From Balamuthia mandrillaris (taxonomy: Eukaryota), in contig JAVKOQ020000006.1 in assembly GCA_031835245.2 (NCBI GenBank), positions 310,001 through 374,000 on the forward strand: a stretch of 64,000 nt of DNA, read 5' to 3'. Position 1 is the stretch's first letter. Each line of letters begins with the position of its first letter. This document shows positions 1-16,532 of the stretch, piece after piece. Below the pieces are notes generated by a model that did not search any database, had not been told where the DNA came from, and saw nothing but the letters and a program-made list of their open reading frames with translations. Position numbers and translations under genes: made by a program.

Positions 1-305
1 TCATAAGAGTGTCCAGAGATGGTTCTTCGGCATCAAGCAAGCATTAGCAGCCAACGCCAAAATACATGAACGAGATAGATACCAAAAGAGGTGTAGCTGG
101 CCACGCCTGCACGCTTCCAATGGCCAAGATTGGCGCCGTTGCTGCTGTACAGCTCCAAAACTCGGTCGCCTGGGTCTGTCAGGTTCAGTATCAGCACTGC
201 CTGCACCCAACGCTCGAAGTTGAGCACTTGCCATGTGGGGGACAACCGCTTCGCTGGTGGCGGTGGTGGCTGTTGTTGTGGGTAGGCAGTGGCCGCCTCC
301 TCCAT
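1..305 (-). CDS. mRNA cap guanine-N7 methyltransferase-like protein, 5' part (runs off the window)
   Basis: VLNFERWVQAVLI...PGDRVLELYSSNGANLGHWKRAGVASYTSF parallels the RNMT/Abd1 pattern (FNNWIKSVLI...VLDLxCGKGGDLxKW..AGI..Y). There is a GT donor after YTSF. Confidence 0.6.
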
Positions 306-323
306 TCTTTTTTTTTCAATAAC

Positions 324-405
324 GCGACAAGCTAATAGGGTGACAGGTACTCTACTCTTTTGGGCAATAATTCACCCTCTCAATGTTGCGACAAGCTAAT
401 AGGGT
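324..405. promoter_or_regulatory. 18-bp direct repeat GCGACAAGCTAATAGGGT (324-341 and 388-405) just upstream of the cap-methyltransferase-like gene
   Basis: Two exact copies read from the sequence, 19-100 bp upstream of the ATG at 305. A regulatory role is inferred. Confidence 0.5.
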
Positions 406-589
406 AACAATCGCACCCTCCCTTCCCCGCCGCAGCAAGAGGGAAGGAAGGAGAGGAGGGCAGAGAGACAGCGAGAAAAGGAGAGAACAAAATATTCACA
501 AGAGGGGAGGAGGGCTCTTCTTGAAACAAGTAACAACCTCTTTGTCTTCCACCTGCTCCTCCCTTCGCAACGAAGCATTAGCACTCACG

Positions 590-1700
590 TTATCGCATTT
601 CCTTTTGAGGTTCTTGCATCAAACGCTGCGGCATGCCGTGTGGTTTCATGTTATTGCGTTTTTTCATTTGGGCGTGTTCTTCTGCTGATAAAAACTGACG
701 CAACAGGTGAGCAGCCGCTACCTGCGCGTGGCCTAAGAAGAGCGGTCCCAGCAAAGGCATAGCCATGAGAAACACATAAGGCATTGTCATTCTGATGGAA
801 CGCGTGAACCAGTCAGCGGAGATAGCAAGGGATGGAGCCACTGAAGGGGGAGAGAAAACGTACCCAAGCAAGGGCCATCTGTGTGCGGCCATCCATTTCT
901 TCTCCTCTGTGAACGTCATGCCACAACAGGAACGTGTGTAAGTGGACATGAGAGCCCAGGCCAGGCAATCCGCTACCATAATGGCCTGTCCCACAACTGA
1001 CAAGAAGCTCACCGTGGACAGTGCTCCCAGCAGCACCATTCCCATTGCGAAACGCAAGTTGTGTTCGAAGAAGAAGTTTGAGGAGTATGACCAAGCTTTG
1101 TTGTGTAGGTGGGTTTCTGGCCATTGGTGTAACTTTTTCCTAATGCCTTGACCCAATGATGGCTCTATCCGGACAAGCTCCTCCTGGAGTAGGTGGTAGA
1201 AATGATCGTCAGCATGTTTACAGAAAGGACGAGAACAAGAGCCCAACCACCAGCAGGGGGGGGGGGGGGGTTACCAGGAATATGTGCTCAAAGTCAGCAG
1301 GGTGTTGGAACTTGGCGATGTAGAGTGTCCAAAGTGGTATCAAAAGGAGCAACTGCAGGATAAAAGTAGGAGCAGCAAGCAGCACCACAATGACCACCGG
1401 CAGTATAAACACCCCAAACACCAGCAGGTTGAGAATGCAGGATATCGTGAAGAGGTGTTCCATGAAAGCCTTGGGCTTGGTTGTGGACCAGTGCCACAAC
1501 CAGCCAATGAAACCCATCACCGCAGCACGAAGCCCCAGCCGCACAAATGTAGAGCGGCCATACCTGATGGTGGAGCTGCCCCCAGACCGTTCCTTCCGCT
1601 TGGTCCTGGGAGCGCTTGGCGGCAGCTGCCCGGTCTTGTTGTTGAGTTGCGCTGATGAATGGTCCTGGTTTGTGTTCATGCCGTGCTCGTGAAGGTGCAT
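590..1700 (-). CDS. Multi-pass membrane protein, possibly EI24/CysZ-like (start uncertain)
   Basis: ORFs 1218-1700 and 590-1246 join across a GT-AG intron. There are several hydrophobic helices, and the C-terminal KKWMAAHRWPLLG..MAMPLLGPLF..QVAAAHL resembles EI24-domain proteins. Confidence 0.5.
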
Positions 1701-2166
1701 ACACTACACGGGGGAATGCAGGCAGGCGGGTGGTCAGCGAGGCTCTTTGGGGTGTGTGCCCAGTCTGAAAAATAAACTGGAGGAGGAGAAAAGAGGAGAG
1801 GAGGAGGAAGAAGGAGGAGGAGGAGGAGGTCACTCACGCCACCTCTGGTACCTGTCAGTGTGTCAAGCCAGCCAGGGCGTTCCACCGCCACAGCAGCTAC
1901 AACCCCTTGCACACTCCCCTACTCGCCTTCCTCTCTGCCTTGCCTGTCTGCCCAGCAGCCCCTCCCACCATACGCTGTGCCTGTCTGCCCATCGGCCACC
2001 ACAACTCCCTTTTCTCAGCCGCTGTTGCTGTTTGCCAACGGCCCTTGCAACCACTCCACCATTTGCCGCTATTCACCTTTCTTTTTCTCTGGGTTTTCTG
2101 TGGGCTGCCTTTTTGGATGGATGTTATGCCCACAGTGAGATCAGGGAGACTCAAAGAGAGAGCGAG

Positions 2167-2202
<36 letters not shown>

Positions 2203-2386
2203 GAAGCAGGAGAAAGGGGAGAGGGAGAAGGAAGAAGGGAGAAGAAATCAGGAAATAGAAGATAGGAGAAAGGAGTTTAAGTTTCAAGTCATGTTCGCAG
2301 ATTGAAATAAAAACAACTTAATGCATTAACAAAAAAAGGGGAATAGGCAGGGAGAGGAAGGAGAATATCAAAAAAGCTGGTCCAGC

Positions 2387-2650
2387 TTATCCGATAAGGA
2401 TGTGGTTGATGGGAATGTGCACAAGTTTGACGAAGAATCCAATGAAACCCATGATGCAAAAACCAATGGCAGTCGCTGTGGCAATTTTCATGAATTCTGT
2501 AGTGAAAGGAGAGCGGTGAGGGACATGCGGAACAACGCAAAAGGCACACTACATACCCTTGCGATCGGGCTTGGTGCACCGCTTCACCAAATGCATGCTA
2601 TCCTTGGCAAACTTCTTGGTGGGAACAACGACTAAGTCCACAACTTCCAT
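2387..2650 (-). CDS. SEC61G: Protein transport protein Sec61 subunit gamma
   Basis: Exons 2650-2557 and 2496-2387 give [67 protein letters not shown], the typical Sec61gamma sequence. Confidence 0.97.
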
Positions 2651-2952
2651 GTTTGAAATAGGCGGTGTGTTTTCTGTGTTGGTGGTGCTGCTTTGCGAGA
2701 GAAGAAAAAAAAGAAAGAAGAGTTTTTCCTTTTTTTTTTTGTGTGTGTGTGCGTGACGCTCCCCTGTGCCTTTCGCTTGGTCAACGGACAGACGTGGCAT
2801 TGCTCTGGTGGGGGACGGGGCTCCTTGAGGGGCTGTCAGAAAATCCATTTCCGATCTGTCTTGTTTTGATCATGCTTTTCACAAAATTTCGGCTACATTT
2901 CAATACAGTTTATTCGAGTCGACGTGATCATAACCGCAAAACAATTGTCGAA

Positions 2953-3749
2953 ATGAAAGAGATGAAGTGGTTTAGCCTTCTGATCCTGTGTTTGGTGGCT
3001 ATCACAGGCACGGAAGCATTGGACGGTTTTAATGTGTTTACCGAGGACGACTTTGTTGACCCAGTCGCTGAGTATCCAGCGGAGGAGTCCTATGCTACAG
3101 AGACAGATGGAACTGGGGTTGAGTATAGTATAGAGGGTAAACTCTCGCTTTGCTTTTTGTTGTTGAAACGACAGTACTTCTTCTAACAATGTGCGACATT
3201 ATAGAGTTGCAGAGGATGAAAGCGCGTGATCTTCACCGTTTCCTCGAAGGTGATGCTTCTCCCTCCCTCCCTCCACCGTTTATTTTTGAAATAAACTTAG
3301 TTGGCAGCTCAACCATAGACCGCGGAGTAGAGTGCAAAGCCTGCACCGAAAAAGAGGAGCTTGCGCTTCATGTCTTCAACGCTCAACGATTGCCAAAGAA
3401 AAGTCCTGAGCGGGAGCCTGAAAAAGTACCGCTTGCTCTTTTCCTTTCCCATTATTTTTCCGTTTGAGCCAACACCTGCTCTGCTTTTTTTGTTTTTGGC
3501 CTTCCCTCCAATTACCGCCAACAGGCAGTCTCTCCTCCTTCCGAGGAAGAGGTGAAGAATGCGATGAATAACTTGCGCCTCAACGAGCAAAAGTACAAAG
3601 AAGTCCTACGCCAACTTAAACAAAAGCAAAAGCAAGAAAAGCAGTTATTGGAGCGGCTGAAAGCGGCTGGTTTTGACGTCTCTACGATGAAGACGAGTTC
3701 TGAATTACTTAATCAACATGAGGACCTCTTTCAGAAGGATGAGCTATGA
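2953..3749 (+). CDS. ER-lumenal protein with signal peptide, ARMET/MANF C-terminal-like CxxC domain, coiled coil and KDEL
   Basis: Signal peptide MKWFSLLILCLVAITGTEA. The spliced ELQRMKARDLHRFLE-DRGVECKACTEKEEL matches the ARMET_C pattern. The protein ends FQKDEL*. Four exons. Confidence 0.8.
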
Positions 3750-4072
3750 CCTATTCCTCCCTACTGACATCTTGTAACCTATTACTCTCTTTATCTATTG
3801 CTGATTAGACTAGTCTTCACACCCACAGCAAGAACATCATGATCGGAAATGGATCATGCTTTTCACATAGAAGAAGCAGAGAGAAGCAAAAAGCGCGTAA
3901 CAATTATTATGGAAGAAATATGGGATTAGTGGAACGGCCACACCTGGTGAGAATGACCGTTACAACAGCTGCAATGAATAAAGAGATACTGGCCTTGTCA
4001 ATTTACACTCAGCTGCGAGTTGGAAATACAGAAGGACGAAAACAAAAAAAGTACATTCACCAAAAGCTGGCA

Positions 4073-6585
4073 TTAGTAGTCAGGTGGGTGCGATGGTACA
4101 AGGGTGATCTTGTCACCTTTGGAGTGAAGAGCGACAGCCGGGAATACGTGTGGAGGAACGTCGTTGAAAGCAGGGCCTTGGTACACGCCGTTTACGTAGA
4201 AGGCAAGCACGCCCTTATCGCCCTTTTCGCTAGCCGTGTAGTCCAAAAGGATACCGACGTGATCTCCTTCTTGAAAGATACCGCCTTTGCCGTAGTTTTC
4301 GCACACCGGGCTGTTCCACCTCTTCATGTTCTCTCTGTATACGTGACTGGGGTAAGTATATACACCACTCCTCTCCCTAATGTGTCTCCTCTCTCTCTCT
4401 CTCTCTCTCTTACACCTCTACTTGTTGTGTATTCCAACAAGGCAAAGGGGGCTCAGTATAAACCTGTTCATAACGATGCACGACCAGCCGTCCTTGGAAG
4501 ATCCTACATAGGCACCCAAATCCCCGCTGGTCCGGGTAACACCGATGGCGATGCAATTAGGATTTTGCAAAGATTCCAATCGTATTTCCCAGTAATGCCT
4601 GCCTTCGTACACACTTGCCCCATGCAGCAGCACTCTGCATGTGCCTGTTCGCGGAGGAGAGTGGAAGAGCACAAAATCAATGTTTCAAGAAGAAACCACC
4701 TCTCTCTTACTCTCTCAGGTAACAGAACTTTGCAAACCTTTGGTGGCAACATAAGCACTCTTGCGATCTGGGCTCAGTACAATGTTTGGATGGACGAGCC
4801 ATGGAGAAAATTCAAGGCTTTGGGTGCGAAGCTGTAGTGGTGATCGAACAACATCCCACGCGCAATCAAAAAATGAGCAGAACGTAAAGGGTGGCCAGTG
4901 GAGTTGTTCGTACCCCTTGTGACAACGCCTCCAACAGTGGCTTTATCTGGTAAAATTCAGCCTCGATTCTAAGCTCGTCCACGATGGAAGGATCATCGGG
5001 TAATACTAGGCTTCCAGTACGAAGGAAGTTAAGGATGTGCCTAATCTAAAAGGTAAGTATATGCCACCCAACTTTTTTTTAAACAAAAAAAAAAACAAAG
5101 CCAAACGTGGTACGCGTGGAGAGACACCAAACCTGAAGTGAGTACCATCCCGGTCTATGAAGAAATAACCCTTTTCATCCTTATTTAATGGGCAGAAACA
5201 ACGGCTTAGAAGGAAAGAAGCAATAAAAGAATAATCACGAGAAGCTTACCTTTTCTATGTTATATCGTCCGCTGAACATGTTGCCCAACATAGAATCAGG
5301 GTACATCAGCAGAGTATCCAATGAGGTCACAAACTTCACACCGCCTACGTTCAGCTTGACTCTGTTGTGTTGAATTTGAAGAACTGACTGCATTTGCTGC
5401 TTAATTTCCTCGAAGGTTTGTATCTTGGCGTCCAGCGCCTCATAATCCTTCTTCAGCCTGTACTTTTCTCGCTGCAGTATTCTCCACTGGTGCCCCAAAT
5501 CCTGCTTGAGCTGGCAAAAAAGTGCTGCAGTGTCCTCTAATCCTTCCATATAGTCTTCGAAATCCCATTCTTCACTTTCGTCATCCTCTTCCTCTTCTTC
5601 AAGAGCTTCTTCCTGCTCAAACACTCGCCCATATCGTCTTGATACATGGGATTCGCTCTGCTTGCTCTCTTCCATTCTTCTGATTGGTACCGGTATATTG
5701 GTTTGGTCCTCTTCCTCTTCTTGCTCCTCCTTTTCACTACAGACGCCAAATGCCAAAGATGTGACCAATCAATCATACAAAGATAGAGTGAGCGAATGGC
5801 AACAGTACAAAACAACAACTGATGGTGCAGCGAACATACCTTCCTGTGGGATACATTTGGGATTGTTCACCACTGTTTCCTAAAAGCAAGATGTCCATCT
5901 TGTCCTGCTGCTGTTGAAGTTGTTGGTGCGGTGCTGGCTCGTATAAGTACAATTTACAAGGGTGGCTGTTTCGCCTTCTTCTTTCCCTTTGCTGCTGTTG
6001 CTGACCAGGGATCCCTCCCATCGCATTTTCGGCAGGCACAAGCTTGGATTTGCGATGCCGCCGTCCTGCAAAGGCAGACATTATCAAGGGAGCTCCGTAG
6101 CGACCTTCCTCGTTGGTGGCAAAGCCATCACCGTATGAAGCACGGCCGCATCCTGCACGAAACGAAGAGGCAGGGCTGGACATGCGCAGCTGGTGGTGAC
6201 GACTGACTCCAGCTACATGCAGGGAAGGAGGGCGGGATGCCTGTGACCGCGCTAAGAGCGAGCGCATGTGCGCTTCTCCGCCCCTGCCAGGCGTTGCTGC
6301 TACGGGTTGTTGCTCTTTGCTGCTCTGTGGTTGTTGTTGCTGGAACCGCCGCACTAACTCAGGACTGCCATCACCGCTACTCTCTGGCAGAAGGAGAGGC
6401 GAAGAGCCACTGCTTTGATGGTGATCAAAGAAGGGCGAGCCCTGCTGGTGGCGGAGCAGAGGGGACTGTCTGGCAGAAGATGAGGGGGAACTGCTTGGGG
6501 AGGGAGAGGCTGGGGTGCGTCCGTCCTGCCCCGTCAACAGGCTTTCTGTGATAGAGTCCCTTTGTGGCTTTGGTGATGAGCTCAT
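4073..6585 (-). CDS. BTB/POZ (KCTD/T1-type) plus SPRY/B30.2 domain protein with a low-complexity N-terminus
   Basis: BTB: RVKLNVGGVKFVTSLDTLLMYPDSMLGNMFSG...FFIDRDGTHF-RHILNFLR...EAEFYQI. SPRY: GRHYWEI..IAIGV..GDHVGILLD..LAFYVNG..FPAVAL. Linkage of the N-terminal exon (start 6585) is less certain. Confidence 0.85.
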
Positions 6586-7225
6586 CTTCGCCACGTTTGC
6601 AAATACTGTCAGTGAGAAGGCTGCTACTTCTTTGTTTACCTCCTTCTCTTCCTCGAGGCAGTCCCGTTTCTCTTACTTGCAAGTACAGTACCACTTCCAA
6701 GTAGCAGCGACCAACCAAAAGCAAAGGGGAGCAGCAGCAGCAGCAGCTGGACGTCTACCTGTCGTCACACTAAGTCAGAAAGTGACTGACATAATAAGAG
6801 AAGGAACAACAACAAAAAATAATGAGGTGTTGGCGTGGCGTGGCGTGTATGCCTGTCTGTGTGTGTGTGTGTGTGTGTGGTGCACTCGTAATTTATGACA
6901 TGTTTGACGGCCAGCCACCCTCCCCCCTATACATAAGTGGTGACAGGCAGAAAGAAAAGGAGGGGAGACCTCAAGGCGAGGCAAGGCATTAGGCAGGGAA
7001 CCACAACAACAGCAACCACAAATAATAATGATAAAAGAAGACATACGTGACACGCCCTCTGCCGATAATCCACAATCCAATGTGTCTTGTTCTCTCTTTG
7101 GGAATGCGAACCTCCTGTCAGTTCTTCTTCTGTTCGCGACGGCCCAAGTTTCCTCATCCATGACTAAATTAATTAGCAATCATAAATAATGGAGCAAGAA
7201 AAGTGAAGCAACAAGAAAAGCCCCT

Positions 7226-7486
7226 ATGAAGCAGGTACCTGGCGTTAAAAATCTGAAAAAGAAGGTGGCCAATGGGCGAGCCCTTTTTCAAGACAGCGAG
7301 TTTGAGCTGGATTTGGGGTACATCTGGGACCGTCCAGCGATCATAGCCATGTCCATCCCCGCCTCCGATTTCCTGACGCGCAGCTATAGAAATGACATTA
7401 AAGAAGTGGCCAAAATGCTAGAAAAATACCATGGCTCTAACCATTACTTGGTATTCCTCCTTCCATAATTTTCCTTCTCTCCCTCC

Positions 7487-7518
<32 letters not shown>

Positions 7519-8835
7519 ACCACACATTCAGATCCTCAACCTCAGCGGGAAAAAGTATGACTATGCTAAATTCGCTCATAATGTTTTGGACTTTAGCTTT
7601 CCCGACCATCACAACCCTCCCCTTGACCTTCTTTTTTCGGTGGTTCTCTCTCTGGATAACTGGCTAAGAGCAGACCCGGCGAACGTTGCCGTTGTGCATT
7701 GCGTGGTTAATATTTCTCATGTTTTCTGGGCGCCGCTCTATTTTATCTCATAATGATTGTGGGTGGAACAAAAGGGAGGCAAAGGGAGAACAGGAACAGT
7801 GATAGCGGCCTACCTCTTGTTCATAAGAGCGTTTGACAACCCAACGGAGGCACTCGCTCACTTTGGCCGACGGCGAGGAGGAGACAGCGTTACTCGTGCT
7901 GCCCAAATCCGGTAGTGTGCCTCTGACCAACACCCCGCTGCCACCCACCTCACTCATGCAAACAACAAACTAGGTATGTGGAGTATTTCCATCAGCTGCT
8001 AGAACAGAAAGCAAGGCCAGTTCCAAAATCGTTATTACTACGGAGGGTGGTGCTGATCGGCATTCCAGCATGGAGCCGGCGCAGAAAGGGTCAAAAGCAG
8101 GATCAGAAAGGGGCTCGCCTTGTGCTGAAGATTTTCAGCGCGCGACGCAGCCGCAAACAGCTGCTATATTGTACGCTGCAGCTGGGCTCCCTTGCTGAGT
8201 ACTACCAACCCCTCATCTTATGAATTCATGCTCTTACCAGCTGATCTTATCTCTAATTCTTTTTATCCTGTGATGATAGCTTCTCTGTGTTGTCAGATGA
8301 ATGCTTGATATGGGCGCTACCCAGTGACTTTACGATAAAGGGAGAGGTGCTCCTCACCTTCTATCATCAAAAGAAGAGCAAAAAGTTGGTGGAGCTCTTT
8401 CGGTACAATTTCCACACCGGATTCGTGGAGGATTTGGGAGGAACTATCCTCACCAAGCATGACATGGATTACAAGCATGATTCGTACGCATGGCTCCTCC
8501 TTCTGCTTGCTGCCAACTCGCATTGAGCTAACTGCCATCTTACCAATCAATTGCCATATCTACTCCTCGCTTGCAATATGTTACGCTTTGTTCCATCCTT
8601 GTGAATGGGCTGCTGCAGAGTGAAGAAAAAGTTACCAGAGGACTTTTCTGTGCAACTCTTTATGGAAGCATACAGCGCAGACAAGGAAGAAATGGAAGAA
8701 GACTCTAAAGTAGCCGCCGTATATAACACCGTGTTCGAGCTACGTACCAAGCTCTATTCTCAACGCTTTGAAATAGAGCAATCACAGCAGTCTCAGCCCC
8801 AGGAAGACCAGCAGATTGATGACAAAGAAGAATAG
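7226..8835 (+). CDS. PTEN/TPTE-like phosphatase with a C2 domain
   Basis: LDLGYI..IIAMSIP..YRNDI, FPDHHNPP, and a spliced P-loop AVVHCV-GGKGRTG, then QIR-YVEYF. The C2 domain shows KGEVLLTFYH..LFRYNFHTGF. Confidence 0.9.
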
Positions 8836-9230
8836 CACCGAGCAAAACCGCCCCGCCATCACCGCCCTCACCATTTCCCAAGGAAAACTGGCGTAGGTGC
8901 TCTGTTGCTGGAGCTACGGCTACACCCTTGTTGAAAAAATAACAACAGGACTCCACCATGTAAAAATAGTGAAAAAATCATGTCAGGGTGCACTGTTTTC
9001 TCTCGCCTTTGTGTGTCATGAGGCAACGTCAAGGAGGAAATTGAAGACTACCCCTAGGGGGGGTGCCAAGTATCCGCCCTGTGTGTTCGCTCACAGCCGG
9101 CGAGAAGAGCGCAGAGAGGCAGCAACTTTTTCACGTCGTCGTGGTACTCGCAAGTTCCGAGAAGAGAAGTGCGCACCAGAAAGTGGTAGAGGGCTTGCTT
9201 GGGTAAGCTACCTCGGCAGCAATATTTCTC

Positions 9231-9458
9231 ATGCAGCAACCACAACCAACAAGTTATAAGGCCGCTGATGGAGAGGAGGAAGAACAACAAGAAGGAAGCA
9301 GTCGCGAGATGGAGGCAGCAGCAAAGACTTTGAAGCCCACTGCCGAAATAGTGGTGCAAAGGCTAAGAGACCACTACGACAAAGACATAGAGCAAAGACT
9401 GGTAAACCTCTACCAACTCGGCAGTCGTGTCTATGGTTGGTACATGAGCTTTCTTCCT

Positions 9459-9490
<32 letters not shown>

Positions 9491-12263
9491 ATATTGTAAA
9501 AGGACTAACGGAAGTGCTGCCGCCAAATGAAGGAACGGCAACGGAGAGCTCTGATTGGGACTTTATGATGATAGTGAAGTACCTGAAGCTGGGCGCTCGC
9601 GTGGAGGGCCTTGTCACCAGTTCCTCTTCTGCCTACAACCACAATAAGACTAAGCCCACTCGGTATGCGGAAGAGGAGGAGGAAGAAGAACATTACTTAT
9701 GGGAATGCTATGACGATGGGGAGATAAACGTTGCGCTGTACGCTTCTCTTCTTCGGCAAGTTGTTGGGCGCAACTGCTAAACGCACATTCTCCTTTTTCT
9801 TGATATGCACAGCTATGACCAGAACTACTTTACAATGATGGTACGAGCACACCGCATGGAGGCTATGGAATGCATCTTTCTTCCAGCGCAACATAAGTGG
9901 ATCGAAAGTGTGGACTTCCAATACTTCAGCGACTGGCGTCTGGACCCTGATGTTCTTCGCAAGATGGTCTCATGGATAGCTCGTCACAGGTGGTCTATGG
10001 CCAGAAAAAGAATTCGAGCAGAGCCATACAAAGCCAAGAAGTGCATCTTTCATGGCATCAGGTATCTTTTGTTGTTGCTGTTGTTGTGACGGTTCTATTA
10101 ATGTTGGCGTTATGCTTTGCCTTCGGCTCTGATTTTATGAGCATTGAACAGATATCTTACTTTTGGTATCCAGATAGCCAACGCTGAAAAACAAAGGCTC
10201 CTTTCCAGCATGGGCAGCAGTGCAACCCAGATGAAGTTGGATTACAGCGCTGCAAACCACTATCTCCACACTATTCTTGCATTTCCTTCCGACGATTGGC
10301 ATGCTCTTGAAAACAAGTTCAAACCTGTTTTTGAAAGCTTACGAGAGAATTTTGTGGAAATATTGGACTACAACGAATTCTACACTCGAGCCGAAACAGA
10401 GGCGGAGATGCATGCTCATCTCTTCAGTAGCAGGCCTGACTGTTCCTCCTTTGTTGTGGAACATTTGGAGGATGCCTTCGGAGAAGAGAAGAAGGAGAGT
10501 GAGGCTGCAAGTGAGGAGCAGAAATTTGGAAAATATTTCGGCGAAGCTACGAAAGCAGCGGATGATACAGAACTAGATGAAGCCGTACCATTGCAAACCA
10601 TCACGTTCCTTAACAAATACAGCAATGAAACTGAGAGAGGGTTGCGTCGGTTGAGGGAGGAATACTTCATTAGGACCCTGCCTCATTCCCAATATAAAAA
10701 CTTGGTACATCTGTTATACACGGTAGGTTGACCACATTTCTTGTCAGATCAAAAACTTACTTGGTTTTATGGCCACACCCAGGTGGCTTCACCCATGGAT
10801 AGCCTGCTTGTTAGGGAGTGCTCTGGACTGGTAGTGGCGTGGGATCGTTGTAACGCTGCTGCCACCAAACGCTGGCGTGCTGTGTGCTGTCCTCTGCTTC
10901 ACTTTCCACATTATTACCCCGAAAGTAATGCCTCAGAGGAGCTGTGCAAGCACTGGCAAACATTCGAGGCATGGGAAAAGATTGATGGTACTCCCTCTTC
11001 TTTTCTTGCTTTTCTTCTCTTCCTGTTGCTTCTATTTCTCAATCTTGTTTTTCGACGACTACACAAAGGAACACGTGCAATGCTATATTGGTACAATAAT
11101 GAGTGGCAGGTAGCCTCTAAATGTACGTGTTATCTTGATTTACTTTGTCTCTTCTGACTTTATGCTATTTGTATAGGGGACGCTGATGGGAAGAGTCAAC
11201 TTGGATGGAAGTCGTTAGGGCAAAAGCAAGCCATTGCTGACTTATTTTGGACGATATGGCATTCCAGCGCCTATACATTGCCTTCTGTGACTGATAGGTA
11301 AGTTCTTTTTTTTGCCTCCTCCTTTCTTGTATGATTAATTCTTACTCTCATACCCTTTTTTTTAAACCAACTCAGGACTTACATTTTTCAGATAGCGTCA
11401 AATAAGCACAGATATGTCGTTAGTTATCCAACTTGCCGGCTGGTATTAATAGCAGTGAACACCATTGCCGATGATGGAACTGTCCGTGAGGAGAAATTTG
11501 AGCGCATAGCGGTACTTTATTTCTGCTTGAGTTCTTCTTTCGTTTCTTACGTTTAACTAAGCCGGCCGCCTTAATTTTAACTGCATAACTAGAAAGAAGA
11601 AGGATACGAATGCCCAGCCCAACATACCTTCTGTTCTCTAACAGAGGCATGGGCTACTTGTCAAGCCCAAAACCCATTTGTATGTTCGGGATTTGTACTG
11701 ACCCGCAACACTGCCAAGGGAAGCCGCCGAAGGCTTTGTCTCGAGTCTTCCCAATATGTAGCTCTCCAGTCAACAATGAATCTTCCAAACAAAGGGTTCG
11801 GGCCTATGAACTTGAATGCTGATAATCTGGAGGTAAGTTCTTGTGGAAGGCATCTTCAATACGCTCTCTCAATACGCTCTCTTTGAATATCCAGGCAGAA
11901 GGGATGCTATTGGAAATTGTAAGGCGAGGCATAAGTCATGAGTTCCTGGCATACTTTGGGGACAAGTGGGCAGAACTACACAGATCCTGCTGGGAGGCAT
12001 ATATTTCCTTTTGTGAAGACGTAAAGCAATGCTACCTGCAGCTGTTGGATAGCTTCCAGGAGGACCAAAAAGCATTTGCTCGTGGGGTTAATAGTTATCC
12101 TGCAGCTTATCGCAGCATCCTCTTTGGATTGCGTAAGCACAGCGTTCTTTCTGTTGAGGAATATCTTCAAGTCACCCGCAACAAAGTGGTACTTACAGCC
12201 CTCACCAATGGCCTCACTGCTGCACTTGTCGGCGAAGAAAAGAACAAAATAAAAGGAAATCTA

Positions 12264-12272
<9 letters not shown>
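9231..12272 (+). CDS. Pol-beta-superfamily nucleotidyltransferase fused to a T4 Rnl1-like RNA ligase domain
   Basis: Spliced LGSRVYGTATESSDWDF fits the GS..DxD nucleotidyltransferase signature. Later VRECSGLVV, WEKIDGT (motif I KxDG), LYWYNNEWQVAS, TYIFQ and SGFV follow the Rnl1 motif order. About 10 GT-AG introns. Confidence 0.75.
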
Positions 12273-15962
<3,690 letters not shown>

Positions 15963-16211
15963 GACGAGGAACTTTGGCAAGCAAACGGGGTTGGCGGCGA
16001 TGGTGGCTGCAACTTTGGGGGTGCAAGGCGGTCTGGTGGCGTCGCTTGATCCTTCCGCTTTGTTGCTGCTGTGGCGGTGGTGGTGGCTTAATGTCACTCC
16101 TTGCTAATAGGCTAATAGGGAGAACACGTCACCAGGGAAGATCAAGATCGATACAACCACCCCTCAAGCAGCAACTTCAGAAAAGAAAAGAAAAAAAAAC
16201 AACCCCCACCC

Positions 16212-16249
<38 letters not shown>

Positions 16250-16532
16250 GGAGAAGGAACAGAAGGCCCAAACATATAGCCGTCACCCCTTCTCCCCCAC
16301 CGCCGCCGCCACCACCACAACGAACAAGCACTGCCACTACTTCCCTTCCCTTCCCTTCCCTTTCCCCTCTTCCTTCATACATTGCTACTACTCCCAAGAG
16401 GAGCGCAGCTTTGCTACATTCCCACCTCTGCCTACTACGCTACCTTGAGCAGCGGCGTGGCAGCAGCAACTGGTGGCGACTGAGACTCAGAGTGGGAGGA
16501 GTTGAGGTTGTCCTGTTATTGTGCGAACGAAC

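Noticed and set aside
3839..4837. 332-aa + strand ORF
   Set aside because: It lies antisense to clear SPRY exons, reads through their introns and a CT repeat, and shows no recognisable motif.
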